The notes under the pieces were generated by a model. The model saw only the letters and a list, made by a program, of their open reading frames with translations, made no database searches and was not told where the DNA came from. DNA of 64,000 bases from assembly GCF_963921235.1 (NCBI RefSeq), contig NC_086097.1, positions 216,940,001 to 217,004,000 on the forward strand. The letters are read 5' to 3'. Positions within the stretch are counted from its first letter, which is position 1. Every line of letters begins with the position of its first letter. Below, piece by piece: positions 62,822 through 64,000 of the stretch. The DNA comes from Mobula hypostoma. Lineage: Eukaryota. The position numbers and the translations under genes are program-made.

Positions 62822-63138
62822 AGCATAAGAAATAGGAGCAGGAGTAGGCCATCTGGCCTGTCGAGCCTGCTCCACCATTCGATAAGGTCATGGACTCATT
62901 TCCACCCACCTGCCTTTCCCCATAACCCTTAATTCCCCTACTATGCAAAAATCTATCCAATTTTGTCTTAAATATATTTACTGAGGTAGCCTCCACTGCT
63001 TCATTGGGCAGAGAATTCCACAGATTCACCACTCTTTGGGAAGAGCAATTCCTCCTCATCTCTGTCCTAAATCTACTCCCCCAAATCTTAAGGCTATGTC
63101 CCTTAGTTCTAAATTCACCTACCAGTGGAAACAATTTT
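62822..63138 (-). mobile_element. CR1 3' fragment
   Basis: Minus ORF 62817-63134 FPLVGEFRTKGHSLKI...FRTEMRRN...QRVVNLWNSLP. Confidence 0.85.
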
Positions 63139-63199
63139 TGTCATAACTCTGACCTTAGGGAGTAAGTTTAAAGACGGTTTTGTTGAGTTGCTAGAAAAA

Positions 63200-63890
63200 T
63201 TCAAAGTAAATTCATTATCAAGGTACATAAATGCCACTGTATACTACCCTGAGATTCATTTTCTTGCAGGCATTCACAGTAAATAAAAAGAAACACAACA
63301 GAATCAATGAAAAACTGCAGACAATAAAAATGAATAAACAACCAATGTGCAATAGACAACAAATGGTGCAAATACAAAAAGAAATAATGATAATAATATT
63401 GATAATAATAAATAAGCAATAAATATTAGGAAAATGAGATGCAGAGTCCTTAAAAGTGAGTCCATGGGTTGTGGAATTATTTCAATGTTGCAGTGATTGA
63501 AATTGTCCCCTCTGGTTCAAAAGCCTGGTCAAGGGGTAATAACTATTGCTGAACCTGATTGTGTGGGACTTGAGCTCCTGTATCTCTCCCTGACGGTGTC
63601 TTCAGCAAACTTAAATGTGCCATTGGAGCTGTGCTTAGCCTCCTGGTCATAAGTGTAAAGCACGTAGAGCAGGGGGCTACGCACACAGCCTTGCGGTGCA
63701 CCATTACTGATGGAGATTGAGGAGGAAATGTCGTTGCCAATGCAAACTGACAGAGGTCTGCAAGTGAGGAAATCAAGAATCCAGTTGCACAAGGAGGCCT
63801 AGGTCTTGGAGCTTATTGAATAGTTTTGAGGGAATAATACTGTTGAATGTACAGCAATAGTCAATGAACAGCATCCTGATATATGCATCA
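63200..63890 (-). mobile_element. Rex1/Babar fragment with internal deletion (RT joined to C-terminus and tail)
   Basis: Minus ORF 63529-63792 CNWILDFLT...[13 protein letters not shown]...FKFAEDT, fused directly to the RYRS region; tail at 63200. Confidence 0.8.
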
Positions 63891-64000
63891 ACCTCTATAG
63901 CAAGCAAACCCAAGTGTCTGCACTGTTCTCAATCCCAGAAACCCTGCTGAATCTTTCTACTGTGGTGCTCACTGCTAACGTGATTTAAGAGAATGCATCA

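Noticed and set aside
48445..64000. MuRF exon 3 (B-box, expected like MCEEHEEEKINIYC...PTCSLCKVFG)
   Set aside because: Not found by eye or in the ORF track; probably beyond the window end. A TBLASTN search would settle it.

Overview
Vertebrate nuclear DNA, not prokaryotic. The repeat families (CR1, Rex1/Babar, Penelope-like, V-SINE) suggest a cartilaginous fish, probably a ray; this is an inference. Most of the window is decayed, heavily nested retroelements: CR1, Rex1/Babar, L2 and RTE LINEs, Penelope-like elements with hammerhead-ribozyme motifs, a Sushi-type Gypsy provirus, two solo LTRs and SINEs. Host genes seen are an intron-containing tRNA-Tyr(GTA) at 13486-13575 and the first two coding exons (26714-26881, 48272-48444) of a muscle RING-finger (MuRF) gene, most like TRIM55, with a muscle-type promoter; exon 3 was not found in the window. 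The most anomalous stretch is a ~650-bp GC/CpG-rich, hairpin-rich insert (37975-38630) fused to a ~37-nt Rex1-type tail inside a CR1, a candidate chimeric retrocopy of a non-TE RNA. I found no convincing novel multi-gene system. Repeat boundaries were read by eye and are approximate unless a TSD is given. Family names come from recognised protein and tail motifs, not from database searches.
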